Below, piece after piece: positions 26,201-49,780 of a stretch of DNA of 64,000 bases; position 1 is the first letter of the stretch, and every line of letters starts with the position of its first letter. The translations under genes and the position numbers were made by a program. Where the stretch lies: assembly GCA_002633005.1 (NCBI GenBank), contig NMRA01000005.1:1913048-1977047 (forward strand), given 5' to 3'. This stretch comes from Phoronis australis (taxonomy: Eukaryota; Animalia; Phoronida). The notes below the pieces were generated by a model. The model saw nothing but the letters and a program-made list of their open reading frames with translations, was not told the DNA's origin and searched no databases.

Positions 26201-29200
26201 TGTTATGTTTTCTGTAGTTCATGTTGAAATGAGTTTAAGGTTGTGTTAGCCAAATTTATTCATTTTCTATAGTCTCGCTTAGCCTTAAGATATTGATGCT
26301 TTTTGGCTTTAGGTTCAGAAACTACATTCCTCATCCAGTGTAATTCCTACGCTCAGCTAATCACCCATTTACAAAATTTCCATTTACAGTACACATGATT
26401 GACAACGGTCCATCCTTACCAATCGACGAGATTTCCTTCCCTGTCTCAACAGAATTTTAAATCCCTAGATGAATGCTTCAGTCTTTGAGTAACCATTAGT
26501 CAGTTTCAGTGGAACCTTTTCTTGTTTGGCTGAGAAAATACCTCACTTTCCTGCTATTCTCTGAAGGGCATGTGAAATGGCTAATGCACACTCAAACATA
26601 AATTGCATTTGCAAAACCGGTTTAAAGCATTCTGATAAGCAGCACGTAGTCATGCAGCTCATTTTGCGCACAGGACAATTTAAAGATGTGCTGTGTAAAA
26701 GTTGTCACACTACTCTATAGCACTGTGCATGATCAATACAGTGTCTGCAATGTTTTTGAGTAATGCAAGTGAAGTCAATGTAACCTCCTGGGCATGAGTC
26801 CAATAGACTGCTCTTGTAAGCGCCCACCCCTGACTTCTCATAAATTTCGTTATTAATAAGTCATGTTAACGCCCACTTGCTGGTAAGTATGACATGGTAT
26901 ATTCGTTCACTTTCCTGAATGGACGATAAGTCATGCATTTCATTTTCTTTGTGTTTTTGTTCCAGGTGACTATAGCCATGTTTGGTTATATGACAGAAAT
27001 TGAAAAAGTTGATATGGAGCGGACAGAAGTTGTTGAAGCAGAAGGTAAATGATTCTCGCCTTTGGACTCAGCAGCATACACATTTCCATGGAAGACAAAT
27101 CAAAATTGGACCACTGGCGTCTGGTATCTGGACAAACATGGCTTAGTGTTACTATGTGGCAACCTGCTTCAGACTCTTACTTAAATTTTGTTTCATCCAC
27201 CTACAGCACACATCAAATGTATTTGGAAAAAATGACCCAGAATTCCCCATCGTGGCGGCTGGGTGGAAACCAAATATGTCATCACTGTCAACTCCCTGCA
27301 TGATTGAGAATAAACTTAAGGTGAATTAATAGGAAAGGTAGTAAAGCAGACTATAAAGCTGTATTTAGAATTTTCCTCCATGATGGTTATTAGCAGTAAT
27401 TCTTGGTGCCAACAAACTTGATCGTCAGGCCTTTCTCAAAATTTATGCATGACTCACATTCCAGACTCAGAAGGAGGCTAATATTGTTAAGTCTACAGGA
27501 AACTGCCTGTTTACAGTGAATTTTAAATGAACAATGGCACACTGCTGTGTCTCTTGCTGCACAAATAACCAAAGAAGAAACAAAGTGTTGTGATTTCATC
27601 AATTTCATACTGACAAAGAATTGATAAGATAGTGGCTAGTGAAGATTCGCAGATGCAGTGGGCCAACTTTGCATGTAAATTATTACACAATCTGGATGTC
27701 AGCCCTAGTCGAGTGTATTACCATTGGCCGTGATGCTTGAATAGATAGTAACTTTCAAGCACATCATTTCCTAGTAGCACTGTAAACATCTCCACAGTAA
27801 AACATTATTTTAAATGTAATGCATTTCAGCAATCCGGTGGAAAAATGATGTTTTTTAATCATTTTGTTTGAATTTGAAGAAGGTTAATTGGTCATTATGA
27901 AAACAGCTACAGAACTACAGTTTGGTAACATTTGTTTGACTAGTTAGAAGTATTGGCTCCTAATAATTACCAATGGATAACAATGGACTGTTGTATTTTC
28001 AGGTCATGATATGTTGTCCCTGCTTTTCCATTTGCTCGATGAATTTCTGTTTGCCTTCAGCGCTGAAACATTCTTTATTCCAAGAGTAAGTACTTGCTCT
28101 CACCGAATTCTGTGCTCACAATATGTAGCATGTGTTGGTTGTCCAGGGCAACAACAAAGAAGTCTGTAGAATGTCTAGTGCAGTCTCTTGCCTCTGGAAT
28201 TCGTGTATCATCCATCCTACATCGCAGTGCGTGTCTAGCCTTCCTGTCTAACCATTCATATTGTCAATTTTTAGATTTCAAATTGAACATTTTAGAGTTC
28301 TTCTAAATTCATTGTTTTTAATTTGTCTGTTGTTTCAAAAATGTCTTTGTTCCTTAGTTACAATTTTATCATAATTTTCCATATATTTCTTGCTTTTCTA
28401 ACTTGAAATATTACTAATGTTTAGGTAGGATGTGATGTTACTCATACCTTCTTGTCTGCTTTCAAATGTTTTATTCATCAAAGCCATTGTCACTAATTCA
28501 GTATTGTTGAACCACACGGTGGATTTGCTCAGTTTCGTGTTGTCTTGCTGCTTGTTCATCTTTATAGTAAACTGATATGATTATCTAATATTTCTTTCAG
28601 AAAGTTAAGATTACAGAATTCGATCGAGAAAACTTCAAGATTCACGCAGTTGGTTATGGAGAAACATTTGATATTGGAAAACATCCTCAGGTCTGGTAAC
28701 ATTTGCCACTCATGCAATTTCACCTTTAGTTAATTGACTGTAATGCGAAAAGCCCTCAAGCCTTTGCAGATTTTGTTGTTTGGTAACAGTACTAGAAATT
28801 GAAGGTGTTCTTTATCAATTTGTTGCTATAAATGAGTGCGTTAATGCAGCAAGGGAAAATGTCATTAGTCCCTTTCCTGCCATCTGTTGGCGTCTTGTCC
28901 CCTTTTATGGATTATTGGATTTTTGTTATCTACCACTGGTCCTAATAGCTCTGCCGACTCACTAAATCATGTCAACGGACTTGGGATTCAAATAGTTGGG
29001 GAATTTAATGAGGCACAATCAAGTGATTGCGGTAAACTGAACATTTTTGACCGGACGACAGGGTCATGAACGATGACAGTAACCTCTGTCTGACATTTAT
29101 GATATCGTATTACGTGGTCCAAGGCAGGAACGTCGTCACGTGACAGCAAGTCCACCTGACCTTCATTTTGAGGATGACCAAAGCCATTGAAAGTCTGAAA

Positions 29201-29977
29201 TGTTCAAATTATTGTAAGTACTCGATTGTGTCTCATAAAATTCACCTGATAGCTCTGTGGACTGAAGCCTGTAAAGACCAAGGTTCAGGTCATGTGATGT
29301 CACGAACAGGCGAGATGTAAGAGACTAATAATACTTGAATGGTTTTGCTTTGTTAACATTAGGTCATGCGTTACATATTTTTTTGCTTACTTGAAACTCC
29401 ACCTGTTCCACAGCATCGATTATTTTTGCTATAGATATGTACAAGAACTGCTGGGCCAACATTCCACACTATGGCAAGCTCTGATTCATTTTTTTTTGTC
29501 CACATCGGAACAATTATTGTATTAGCAATGAAATCAATAGTAGTTCTTTGAAGTGTGGTTGAAAACTGGCCTGTGAATCAGTGTGTGTGTGTGCGTGTGC
29601 GTGTGTGTGTGTGCAAAAGGTGCCAAGGAATGCTTCACAATATTACACCAGATCAATGTTTGCATTTCAGAACCACTCTGGTATGATACTCATGAAAGAA
29701 GTATGTCACGTGTCAAAGTTATCTGACGTCTGAAATGTATTGCTGATGTGTATTGTATTGTAGATATAAACTTCAGTATACCAAAGCATTTTTGACATGT
29801 AACCTTCAGATCCGTTTTGTCATTCGTAAGATAGGTTAATAAAGACTATAACCACTGTCTTGGTAAGCTAGTCCTGGTTTCCTTTTTTGACAGGGCACTG
29901 AAGTTAAAGCCATCACCTACTCCAACATGCAGGTGCACGAAGAGAAGAACGAAGTATTTGTCATTATTGACATTTGA
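23298..29977 (+). CDS. ZBTB8OS: Archease (RtcB tRNA-ligase cofactor), 145 aa (exons 23298-23331, 24529-24553, 25082-25092, 25770-25801, 26966-27044, 28003-28085, 28601-28690, 29894-29977)
   Basis: Spliced translation [45 protein letters not shown]...HPQGTEVKAITYSNMQVHEEKNEVFVIIDI*, with the archease hallmarks YLDHTAD, GTEVKAITY and terminal IIDI. All phases are consistent (438 nt). The start Met is inferred; there is an in-frame stop at 23241. Confidence 0.95.
23903..24043 (+). mobile_element. TGTA...CTACA tRNA-box repeat (degenerate copy)
   Basis: ggttttaccggggttgctggtttgattcc...attactaca, homologous to 2236-2385. Confidence 0.55.
24290..24439 (+). mobile_element. TGTAG...CTACA tRNA-box repeat
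   Basis: tgtag start, tggctgaacg A-box-like, ggttcgattcc B box, ctaca end. Confidence 0.6.
25093..25769 (+). other. U12-type (minor spliceosome) GT-AG intron in archease
   Basis: The 5' site GTATCCTTT is the U12 consensus. A CTTAAC branch motif lies about 11 nt before CAG and there is no polypyrimidine tract. Removal restores LHAWGDT. Confidence 0.88.
25590..25718 (+). mobile_element. 3' fragment of the HINE-like element (family of 58945-59805)
   Basis: ggtaaacgggttg.tgtca..ttcccata..aattccag, then hairpin attattgtca/tgacaataat and ctttctagttt; matches the reverse complement of about 58945-59070. Confidence 0.75.
29581..29613. repeat. (TG)n microsatellite
   Basis: gtgtgtgtgt... read directly. 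Confidence 0.9.
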
Positions 29978-31685
29978 AGATTAATGTTTTATTAATATGT
30001 AAAACCCAGAATGATTGTATTGGCGAAATCATACTTTTTCTGGGAACATTTAAAAATTGAAGGCCATTGACGTGCATTTGAATATAAGATCTTATTCAAA
30101 TATTAACTCCTTGGTTGAGTGGCGGAATTTCATGATAGGATTCAAATGGAAACATCACATGAACAGACCATTTCAGAGTGACTGGGTCTTATAAGCAAAT
30201 TAATGTGTTTCCTGGGATAATTAAAATCCACAATGTTCCCAACTATGAGGCCTTGCACGAATACAAGTCTATGCACCTGCATCGGGAATTTTCCGGTATT
30301 ATCGAAACAGGAACAGCGAACCATTTTGGAGTGGAACAGGAATGACACAGTTATGATACAGCAAAAACAAGACTCAAGCACCTTTCATCTTACAGAAGTA
30401 CTGCAATGGACAGGAATCACAGATAATTTTTATGTTTGATTTGTGTCATGCTTTGTGTCATGCTTTCAACAACTCACTTGGAATTTCTGTTTGCTGTCTG
30501 CACAAGATTTATTCTGTGATGTTTTAATTCATGCTAATATAGCCCTTATGTGCCAATCACTTTGCAAATGTGCTCATACTTTGAGTACATGATCAAGATT
30601 ATTTCTCAAAGGTGTCAAAATGTTATAAAATAGTTTATTGTGCTCAATAAACAGTTTCTTTTCATAATATTTGGTTTCTTTTTTTGTTGTGTGGATTTTT
30701 ACTGACAAAACTACTATTTTCTTTTGGTTGATACAGAACACACCAGATTACGTTTTTATTCCATTAAATAGTTTTATGCAAGACTTCTTCCAATCTCTGT
30801 TGCTTTATCTTTTAATGAAGATTGGTAATCTTTTGAAGTTCTAAGAATCTGACTTAAGTTCATTTTTTACTTAAGTCTAAGATTTATGTCAAATTCCGAA
30901 CTTTGAAACTTCTACATCTGATAAGATAATCAAAATTAAGACAAAATTTAAGTCAAAAACTTAACATCTTTTTTGAAATGATCTTGAGACAGACTTAAGT
31001 CTTATCTTAAAGTTGACTGAAAGTTAGCTAAGTCAGTTTTCTTGGAACGGGACCATAATTGCAAAACACAAAAATTGTTGAAATTGGCAGTACTGTATAA
31101 ATATCTTATACAACTTGCATGTTTGTGTTGAAAAATATTTGTAACGATGGCCATTAATTTTCCGCAAGTCAACAACTCCTTTACGTCAAGGAACACACAC
31201 ATAGTGCCATCTATAATGAACAGACCTCTAATGTCAGTTCTTGGCAAGATGGCCAGTAAAAGTTGAATAGTAAAAAGACGCTGTTTTACATCAGCGTTTC
31301 AATGTAACTCATCATCAAGATCATAGTACTCAGATGGGATAAATATGCACTACAAGTATGTTGTACATGTTTATATGTGGGTGTAAATTGCCCACAACAG
31401 GACCTTTATTAAATTTAGCAAGTGTATTTATTATATAAAGTTAACAACGGCAACGATTACTTTCAGCCAATTTCATTTTTTCCAATTTTCTTTCTTTCTC
31501 CGAAGTTCGTTGAGGGATTATTATGCAAATTTGGTAGATAATTTTCTATTAAAAACGTATTTTGCGCCATCTAGCGGCCATTTTTGTGATAGAAATAAAC
31601 ACCCCTTGAAGCACACTGTTTGCAGTGCATTGATGGGTGCATTTCAACGCTCCGCATTGCTCTTGTTACTTTGTGACGTACTAAA

Positions 31686-31818
31686 CATGGGCGGCGCACC
31701 ATGGGGGCTGGGGGGGGGGGGGGNAGTGCGCCACCGCTCATGGTCTATGGCCGGGCGGTGCACAACAGGGCGGTTAGTGGCTGTAATTCCCCATTTTTTC
31801 AGTGCTGCGCCGTCCATG
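31686..31818. mobile_element. CATGGGCGGCGCA dimeric MITE
   Basis: TIR catgggcggcgca/tgcgccgtccatg; TSD degenerate in this copy. Confidence 0.8.
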
Positions 31819-34800
31819 GTATATTACGTAACCTTTTCTATCCCCTCTTTACTGACTGAAGTTTATGTAATGGAATTGACAGGCTCAAGCAAAGCCTGAT
31901 AACACCAGATAATACCATGTAATGGACAACCAGCGCTGGTAAGACTGGTTCTGAATATGTTGTCCCAGCTTTACTACTTCTAGACTCACTGCACACAAAC
32001 CTTTACAGATGTTGCAAAGACTGTCACTGAAAACTGTCGCAATTATTTATGAATGAAATTTCTTACAACAGATGACTAAAAGGTATGTATCATGCATGTC
32101 TTCTCAACATAGCTTATATAATTCCAAAAATGTTACTAACTTGTTTTCTTTTATGATTTGAACTTTTCTCCGGTTTATTAATCAATCCCGAATACAGCAA
32201 AAAATGTGAATGTCATTCTGAAAATTATTTGATCGATTTGAATATCGTTTATTTTAACAGTGTGGTGTATAAAATGTGTGTGAGGGTGGTGGACATTGAA
32301 CCTGGAAAGTGGTCTTTCTTACTAGTAAGTGCCTACAACTCAGTTGTGTATGATGCCTTGGACAAGGTTTGTCGAATCTTTCAAACTTGCAAATTTGGTA
32401 TCAAATATGTAATATTGAATAATCTCTCAGTAATAGTGTAACGCGTGTATCATATTCAATCTGTTTTCTTTTGGAAAACAGTCTCTTTGACTTGTTGATC
32501 GATCATTCCCAGCATTCCTCACTGTGGGAAGGTGCACGAGTCCTTAGTGTGTTAGTCCTGCTTCATTCTAAAGAGATACGGTGTTATATGTCGATGCTTT
32601 GCCCTGAACTTACATATGGGTGACTGGTTTAAACATAGTAATGGTGTATTTCATAGTGACAAAACAAAAGCTTAAGGTGGTGTGTTTTGTTGTTGAAGAG
32701 TAGTGTTCCAAAATATTCATTTAATTAAAAATGCTGCCAATCTTGTAATTAGGCTTTTTCGTCTGCCTAAGCACTGATTCTTTCATATACTTCTGAAGAC
32801 TGGTTTTGTTATTATGCGCCTACTTATGTATTTGTGAGTACATATCGCAGCCATCTCTCCCTGGGCATCTGGTGTCCATCGCTGTGTGTCTCCTTAACTC
32901 CTTACAGGATCTTAATTAGATTAGGCAAATATGTTCCTATGAAGCTGACAAATGATGACAAGTTTTAGACGAATTCAACCACCACTGTGCATCTCCTTGT
33001 TGCAATTTTATGTGTCAATGGACGTTGTCCACTTTTGTGACGGATATGAGTGCTATTGTGCCCCACTTTTGTGGCAATTTAGTTTTTCATTTATCTCTGT
33101 ATCTTTGGAGATTCTTGACCGTTTGTCATATTTGGCAAATATGTCTATTTTCGAACAGGCTCGACATATTCTATACAGTCTTATAGAATTTTTTATGATG
33201 CTCATAAACGCCCCTATAAGGATGCCATTTGAGGTGCAGTTGTGGCCGGGCACATTTCTGCACTGTGTTGGTCTTGTTTACACTGGTAGTACTCCTTGAA
33301 CACTTTGTAAGTGATATGATATTAATATGCATAACAAGAGCTTGTGGCAAAGTATTTTCTTGTGATATGTTGCATATGCATTGATTATACCTCATTTGCT
33401 AATATGCCTGTTAAGCTTTTCGAATCCTCTTTCACATCACAGTGTATAGTATTTGCTAATGAATGCAATTCATGAATCAGCTAGTATCTCCATCTAGTAT
33501 CCGCTCATGGAACTAGTCTATTTCCAGTTATGTTACTTTTGATGCATAAAATGACGGTCCTGTCATTTCCTAGTTAGGGCTGTTCTTGTAAATCTTGTAT
33601 GGTTGGGAACTAAGGCACTTTTTTCATCAAACATTCTTCATTCAGTTATCTAAACCACTAATTGTACTAACCATAATAAGTAATAACTTTGAAACGCAAC
33701 CACTTATAGTTTTTAAAAAAATTATTTTGGTCACTAAAGGTACTTTAGTTACAGTAAAGTTTCTTCAAATCAGAACACAATATGGCGGAACTCTGAAACT
33801 TTATTTCATCTAAGTTTTCAACAAGAATAAACAAGAAGACAATTTTACTTCGTTATTTGAAAATTTTCCATAGTACAGCTGTCATTAGCAAACACAATAA
33901 AATTCTGAATATTTTTGGCAATACAGAGAGCATTTGAAAAATCAAAAAACGGAAATTTTGGCTATTATTTTTGTTCAAATTTAAGGAAACTATCATATAC
34001 ACCTAAGCTTTCACGTTCATGAAAACAATCATAAACTGTGTACATAGTTATTTCAGTTTTGTAATGGCAACTGGGACTAATGATGCAGAATGAACTGCTC
34101 ATACTCAATTATGTATGCATACTCAAAACATTTGCAGTCCCCGTGTCGTGATCTGCTGTACACTTCAGGGGTTTTTAGATCATTAAAGATTAAGAACGCT
34201 AGTTAAGCCTTTTATGAAGACAAGACAAGCCAATCTGTTGTATGACAACACAGTACGTTCAGTAATTACTGTCACTTGTGATCACAAACTTCCAGACTGG
34301 CAACATTAGTTGGAGCTATCACTAACAGCCATCTCTGTTTCCCTATCCCCAAACCTAAGAAACTCAGTGGTCACAAAAATGAATATGATTGTGGTCTGTG
34401 CTATTCTGTTCCATGTTGTGTGGGTCATTGGAAGTTATCAGTTAAAAATGGATTGTAGCCAGGTGTAGATAATCCATGGAAATTTGGTTTCGTCTGTATG
34501 TACTTGATTGTGTGAAATAGGCCATTATAATTTCCACGGCAACGGAATCAAAAACACCAACTACTTAAAATACGTTTTTTTAATTGCTCTTAACACAAGC
34601 ACCCATGATTTTTTATTTCAAGCGCCTCTCTCATCCTCCCCACTGACTTGGACTTTCCTGGCCCTTATTGCTCTCAAAGTCTTCGGCAGCATTGTTTGAT
34701 ATTCTGAAGTCCTAAAAAGTCACTTTGGGTTAGTTAAAAGTAGAGACCATTTTTATAGGGATAATTGGTCCAATCCCAAACTTGGTGTTTTTACACTGAG

Positions 34801-35898
34801 GATTAGTAAAGGTGGTTGCCTTGCTGTATTGCTTAGCGTGTTTATGTGACTTGTAAGGCCCTGTTGCTGGTTTTCGTTAGGGTTGTTTGTGCTATATTTT
34901 ATTCTGATGATCCTGCACTATTAAGCTAGTCTGTTTAGTGGTATTAAAATCGTTCTTGAAAATTCATGTCGTGCAGTTTTGTGGTATGAAATGTTTCGAT
35001 AGTGTTTTTTCAGTGTTTGATTTAAAGTGTCATTTTTCTAATCTTTAGATCAATTGTTGTTGTTTTTTCAATGTTCCACTAAAAGTGTCACCTTTAGCTA
35101 CAGTTTAGAATTAGTTTGGCTTCAATATTTGGCTGAAAATTCTCTTATCTATCATATTGGATACATTTTTGTTCTTTTTTCAATGTTTGATTAAAAGTGT
35201 CATTTATGTCTAACATTATAGACCTATCAGTTTGTAGTCTGTTTGAAATTGAATAAAGCAAACAGAAATCTAAAGCAATTCAAACCCGTTAACCACAGTT
35301 CAAAGCAAACCATCCATGTGATGAAATTATGTGCAAATTGGAATTTAAAAAGATAAAATGTGATACCAAGTTTTATTTTACATGAAAACATTAATGTTTT
35401 TACAATTTTGGTCAGTACTGTTATTTTTTAGAAAAATGAATAAAATTTCCCATTTCACTTGAAGCATGCATACTTCTATACACAACATGTACAGTTCACA
35501 TTAATTTGAGTTCATGTTTTCTCTCCTGGCTGGAGAGCCCAGTGTATACAGGTTCACAGTGGGTATGATTGATTGGCCATGAAAGAGTCCACGCGTGGCT
35601 CAGTGGTAGCCTACGCAAGAGGACTATTTTTAAACTGTGTAGACAATTACATGTCTATAAATGAGACCTTTGATGATATATGATATCGATAAATAAATAA
35701 ATACAATACACAACTAACAGCTGCACTCTCCCTTGAGAAGTTTTTCCTGAGAACCGACTGTCAGTGAGTGATCGTAACCCTGGCTCTCTCACGAGGGGTT
35801 TGGTGCCGGGTGATTTACAACGTCACTGGGTGTTCCTTACATCATCAAAAATAACACGTGCTTTACACCAATGGTCATCTAACTTCGATGCCTCTACG

Positions 35899-45123
<9,225 letters not shown>

Positions 45124-46663
45124 TGTCTACGCTTGACCTTCTCTAGTAGCAGTAGATTTCTTTTGCACACAGTTCAGTTGTGGTCGGCGTCTAAATAATG
45201 CTCAACAAGCAAAAATCGATCAAACGATGGTAACTATCTCTTGTCTGTGGAGAACAAAATATCCTTAGCATCTAACTATTGATACTATTGAGCTCTGACA
45301 ACGTATTGGCGGTGCGAACCTTCCAGGCGGACCTTCTAATATCTGTCATTCCTTACGGCTAGTGTGCGCAGCAAGCCAGCACGGCAAGCCTGATTGGACA
45401 ATAGTTACCTGCAATGCAGTACGGTGGACGGTAATTAACACCATATTGCAGGATTTCTTGAGACAACACACGACGGCTTAGTAAATTACATGTAATTTGT
45501 GCTGTGAAGATTATAAAGAATAAATGTTATGAGACGGTATGTGAACAAGAACTGTTGCTTAGTGACGAATGGCGACACGACTCCGATTTGATAAATATTA
45601 CATCATTAATATTTGAAGACGTTTTCCTTAAAAGGCAAAAGAAATTTTAATTAATTTTGACAGAAAACGTTCTGTTGGTTTACATTTAGGTTAAATTGAT
45701 TGTCTCGATCACTTTATTGGTTTATACACGTTAATTTAATAAATTTGACAACCGACACTTATCTTTTTATCCATGATTAGTCTTATGTGGTGTTTCGATG
45801 TCAGGTAAATCGCATACTGTCGTATTTAGGAAAAAAATAGTAAATTTAAGTTTGATATACAAAAGGAATATATAATCCGAAGTAAAATACCCTGCAAAGT
45901 AAATGATGTTGTGCAAACACAGGGATGGCTCAAAAACATCAAACCGTCACAGTTTACCTATCGAAATCCAGAAATAAATTAGAATAAGCACTTCAATGTT
46001 AAGTTTTTGTTGTTGAAGTTCTGCAAAGCATGAAGCTGCACCAAACATGCCTAATGAGAATTCATTCTGTAAAATATGTCCACTTTTAATTACTTTAACG
46101 TGTACATGCATAAATAGGCAATGATAACAACTTTAATTTCAGTTTGCAAAAATAGAAATTTTTGTCATTCGTTTTGACATTCTAAATCGATATTGGACCT
46201 CATTATACAATTGCTTTTGTTAAAGTTATATTGGGCGGGACCTGTTCAGGTATTATAACTATCATTTTGGGACACCCCGTTTCACACAATGGCGAGTGTC
46301 TAATGTTTTGATTTAAATTTTGCGATGGTCACAAAAACCCAGAGGCTAACAATAAAGTTAACAGCTTTTTTCTGTCGTGGGAATGTAATCCTTAGGTGTT
46401 ATTGTTGGGTTAATAAAATGGTTCATTTAAATCTTACTTTGAAGTTAGCCACAGACCCGCCGAAGCCGCACTCAAATGAAAACTTCTAGAACTTAAAAAA
46501 TTCCCGACTTCACCTTGATGAAATATACTCAACGATTTTGTTAGTTTCAACCGTCTAACAAACTGGTTTCGAAGAAGTTAGTTACGTCGTAATAGTTTTT
46601 ATGTAGTTAAATTTGAATTCTTGTCTTGTATTGATATGATAGTTTGCATGCTGACATAAATTT

Positions 46664-46945
46664 CAGGGGCGGATCCAGGATTTTAGTTAGGCATGGACAA
46701 CGCACCATAGGGGGCTAGGGGGGGTATAGCCCCACTTTTTTCAGTGCTATGCTGCCCATGGTCTATAGGCGGTGCACCACAGGGGGGGCTGGGTGGCTTT
46801 AACCCTCCACTTTTTTCAGTGCTGCACCGCCCATGTTAGGGGAGCCAGGGCAGAGTATTAGCCAGGATTTTGCATCCCCGAAAAGTCAAATAGAATCGGG
46901 GAGAGTTTGCCGTGGCCCCCTTGGCCCCCTCTAAATCCGCCAATG
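46664..46945. mobile_element. CAGGGGCGGATCC MITE (family of 21806-21969) carrying a nested CATGG dimeric MITE at 46692-46835
   Basis: Outer ends caggggcggatccagga / ctaaatccgccaatg; the inner element is flanked by TSD TTAGG. Confidence 0.8.
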
Positions 46946-47104
46946 GACTTAAAGCGGCCATAACCCCACCTCCCATCATCAAAATTTGCTTTTGACTTAT
47001 CCCAGTCACCGTTATGAGATTGGTTTCATATTGTTCTTAAGTCAATTAGATGTCAGTGACGTCATGGCTTGGAGATAACTGACTGTTCATTATTACGCGA
47101 GACC

Positions 47105-47369
47105 AGGGCCCGGAATCCAATCTTTGTACTCGAAACGAACTCAAAATTATTTTAGCAATTTCTCTGCTACTTTTGTGCGAACACAAGATAAGTGATTATT
47201 ACACTGTGCTCGAATACATTATAGTTTACGCATATGAGTTTCTAGTCCAAGTTTGCACTTGATGACCCTTATATTCGTGTTACAAACTCGAGTAAAACCT
47301 CTAAATTTCGAGTTCAAACTCATTAATTTCGAGTTCCATTTTGAGTAAAAAGCTTACATTCCAGGACCA
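47105..47369. mobile_element. MITE-like element with imperfect long inverted ends
   Basis: ggcccggaat..tactcgaaacgaactcaaaatt vs aatttcgagttccattttgagta..attccaggacc. Confidence 0.5.
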
Positions 47370-47910
47370 GATTATACAAAAGTTGGCTTGTCACGGCGTG
47401 TGATTTTTATGCGCTGACTGAGCAGTCTCAATGAATAACGAGCTGTCAGTTGTTTGTAAAGCCTGAAACCACTTCTCATCTGAATAAGTAGTTTAAATCA
47501 AAGTTCATTTTCAGGACGGAACGCGGCATTAAATAACATGTTGACTAGAGTTAAACATAAATGGAAGTAACTGCTAAGAACGGATTACTATAGTTCAGTC
47601 TGTTGTCTGCGAGTAAATATTAAACGTTGTGATATTAATTAGATTGCAATATTGAACAACATATGACTATCACCAAGTACATGTTAAATTTCGAAGAGAA
47701 GACAATGCAATCATTCGAGAAACAGAATTAATTAATATTACCTGAATGACGCAGACAAATTACAGCAGAATCGCCGAGAGCAACACTTCACCGCACCCCC
47801 TCCCCCCCCGACGTGCTTCCTCACAACAATCTCCCCGACCGCTACCTCTACAGCACCCCTTACACCTCATTTGGTACTGTGTACCTGGGCCAATTTGTTA
47901 ATCAGTGTTT

Positions 47911-48127
47911 NNNNNNNNNNNNNNNNNNNNNNNNNNNNNNNNNNNNNNNNNNNNNNNNNNNNNNNNNNNNNNNNNNNNNNNNNNNNNNNNNNNNNNNNNN
48001 NNNNNNNNNNNNNNNNNNNNNNNNNNNNNNNNNNNNNNNNNNNNNNNNNNNNNNNNNNNNNNNNNNNNNNNNNNNNNNNNNNNNNNNNNNNNNNNNNNNN
48101 NNNNNNNNNNNNNNNNNNNNNNNNNNN
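47911..48127. other. Assembly gap (N run)
   Basis: Run of n characters. Confidence 1.
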
Positions 48128-48201
48128 ACACACACACGCACGCACGCACACACACACACACATGCTCGCGCACACATACACATACACACACAAACACACA
48201 C
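48128..48201. repeat. (CA)n-type microsatellite bordering the gap
   Basis: acacacacacgcacgc... read directly. Confidence 0.9.
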
Positions 48202-49326
48202 AAGCCCAGGAGTAACTACAACACACAAATTCCAAAATAATTTATTTTTTGGCGACGGCCAAGGGGGTGGGGTGGGTCCCCTCCTTATATCTGCAACTGA
48301 CAGTTACAGCCATGAATCCTTAACAAACAAACAATGTACGCACATGATCACTAGCGACTTTCATTCTGTGTCTTCGTTTTCCCAGAGATTCGAATACAAG
48401 TGTTCAATTTACCCAGCTTTCCGTTTACCAAACATTTAATGGAACCTTGCATACATTGAAAGCAGCAGAGGTTTAGTTTATGATGACGTCAAAACACAAT
48501 TTCCTTACAAGATGGCTTCCACGAATAGAGTTCCTAAGCCTGTCTGTCGATTTTGGCACTTGATGGAACAGAGAACATTGCTCATCCCCCAAGAGCATCA
48601 GTGACGAAAATATAACGTAACACTTACTTATCACATCGCTTTATTGGTATGACAACAGTTAAAATCGCCATCAACATATTTTCCTGAAGAAAATGGCTCA
48701 TCAGTGGGGACCTATGTCCGGTTGCATTAAACAATCCTAAATAGGGACTCAATTGCGTTCCGTAAATCGCTTGCGTATGTGTTTCGTTATTTACTCACAG
48801 ATGAAATATTTCTCTATAATCATATTTTTATTGGGAGTTCCTATTTGTCTAATAACATCTTCCAATAATGTAACTAAAAACTGAGCACTTAATTCAGTCA
48901 AAATAACAAGCGACTTAGTCATTAAATCATAGGGGCGTATCATAAAAAGATCCCTATTCATTTTCAATAATATTGAGAATTCCGCGAAGAGCTCACTCTC
49001 GATTGGTATCAAAGTCAACAATTGACAAAGTAATGAGACCCAGACAGCATACGAAAGGGCAATCAGTGTTTTCACAAGCATACAATACGCAATAGATTTG
49101 AAAAACTCAGTTGAGTCCCTATTTGGTACTGTTTCATGCATCCGGGCACAATACCTCTAGCCACTGTCACTTTGTTGCGAACTGTAGTGCATTCTGTAGA
49201 CGCGAGCAGCTCGCGAAAACATAAAACTTCATAAAATATCGTCTTTCATACCACATTCTCTGCCTGAAATAAGCAATACAACCGTGAAATAACCCATTTA
49301 GTTATTCAACGGCGTTTAATAACATT

Positions 49327-49410
49327 TTGGCGGGAAACCGAGGCTGGTTTCGAACCCGCTCCGCAAGAGTTTCTGGTGGTCGACTTCACCACTGCAGCAC
49401 TCAGCAGCTG
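49327..49410 (-). mobile_element. tRNA-derived SINE head (degenerate)
   Basis: Minus strand tgctgcagtgg (A-box-like) ... gggttcgaaacc (B box); no clean cloverleaf. Confidence 0.45.
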
Positions 49411-49780
49411 ACGTCATCGAACGTGAAAACAGAGTACTTAAATGAGGACGCGCAACAGTCCCATGTTCAACAAAGGTCACTGTATCGACATTTATACGCT
49501 ATGAAAAATAAGACGCACAATTTCAATGAAAGCAACGTCTTTAATTCAGTAAGATTTATCTCTCATTTTTTCTCACTTGTAAACCATCGACCTCCAGTTT
49601 GAATGTTGGTAACGTGTAGTCGGGATCCTTTGACTTGGGCCTAAAACTGAGTAACCAGTCGTAACACACTTTAGCAGACGATATTTTCACGATCGAATCT
49701 TAGCTTGATGAAATGTGTAGTAAGCTACACTAGTTGCTTAAAAATTGTTTTATAGATTCACTTGATTTCTATGTTGTTAA

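Noticed and set aside
47813-48439. Long ORFs spanning the gap
   Set aside because: Artefacts of the N run and the CA microsatellite.
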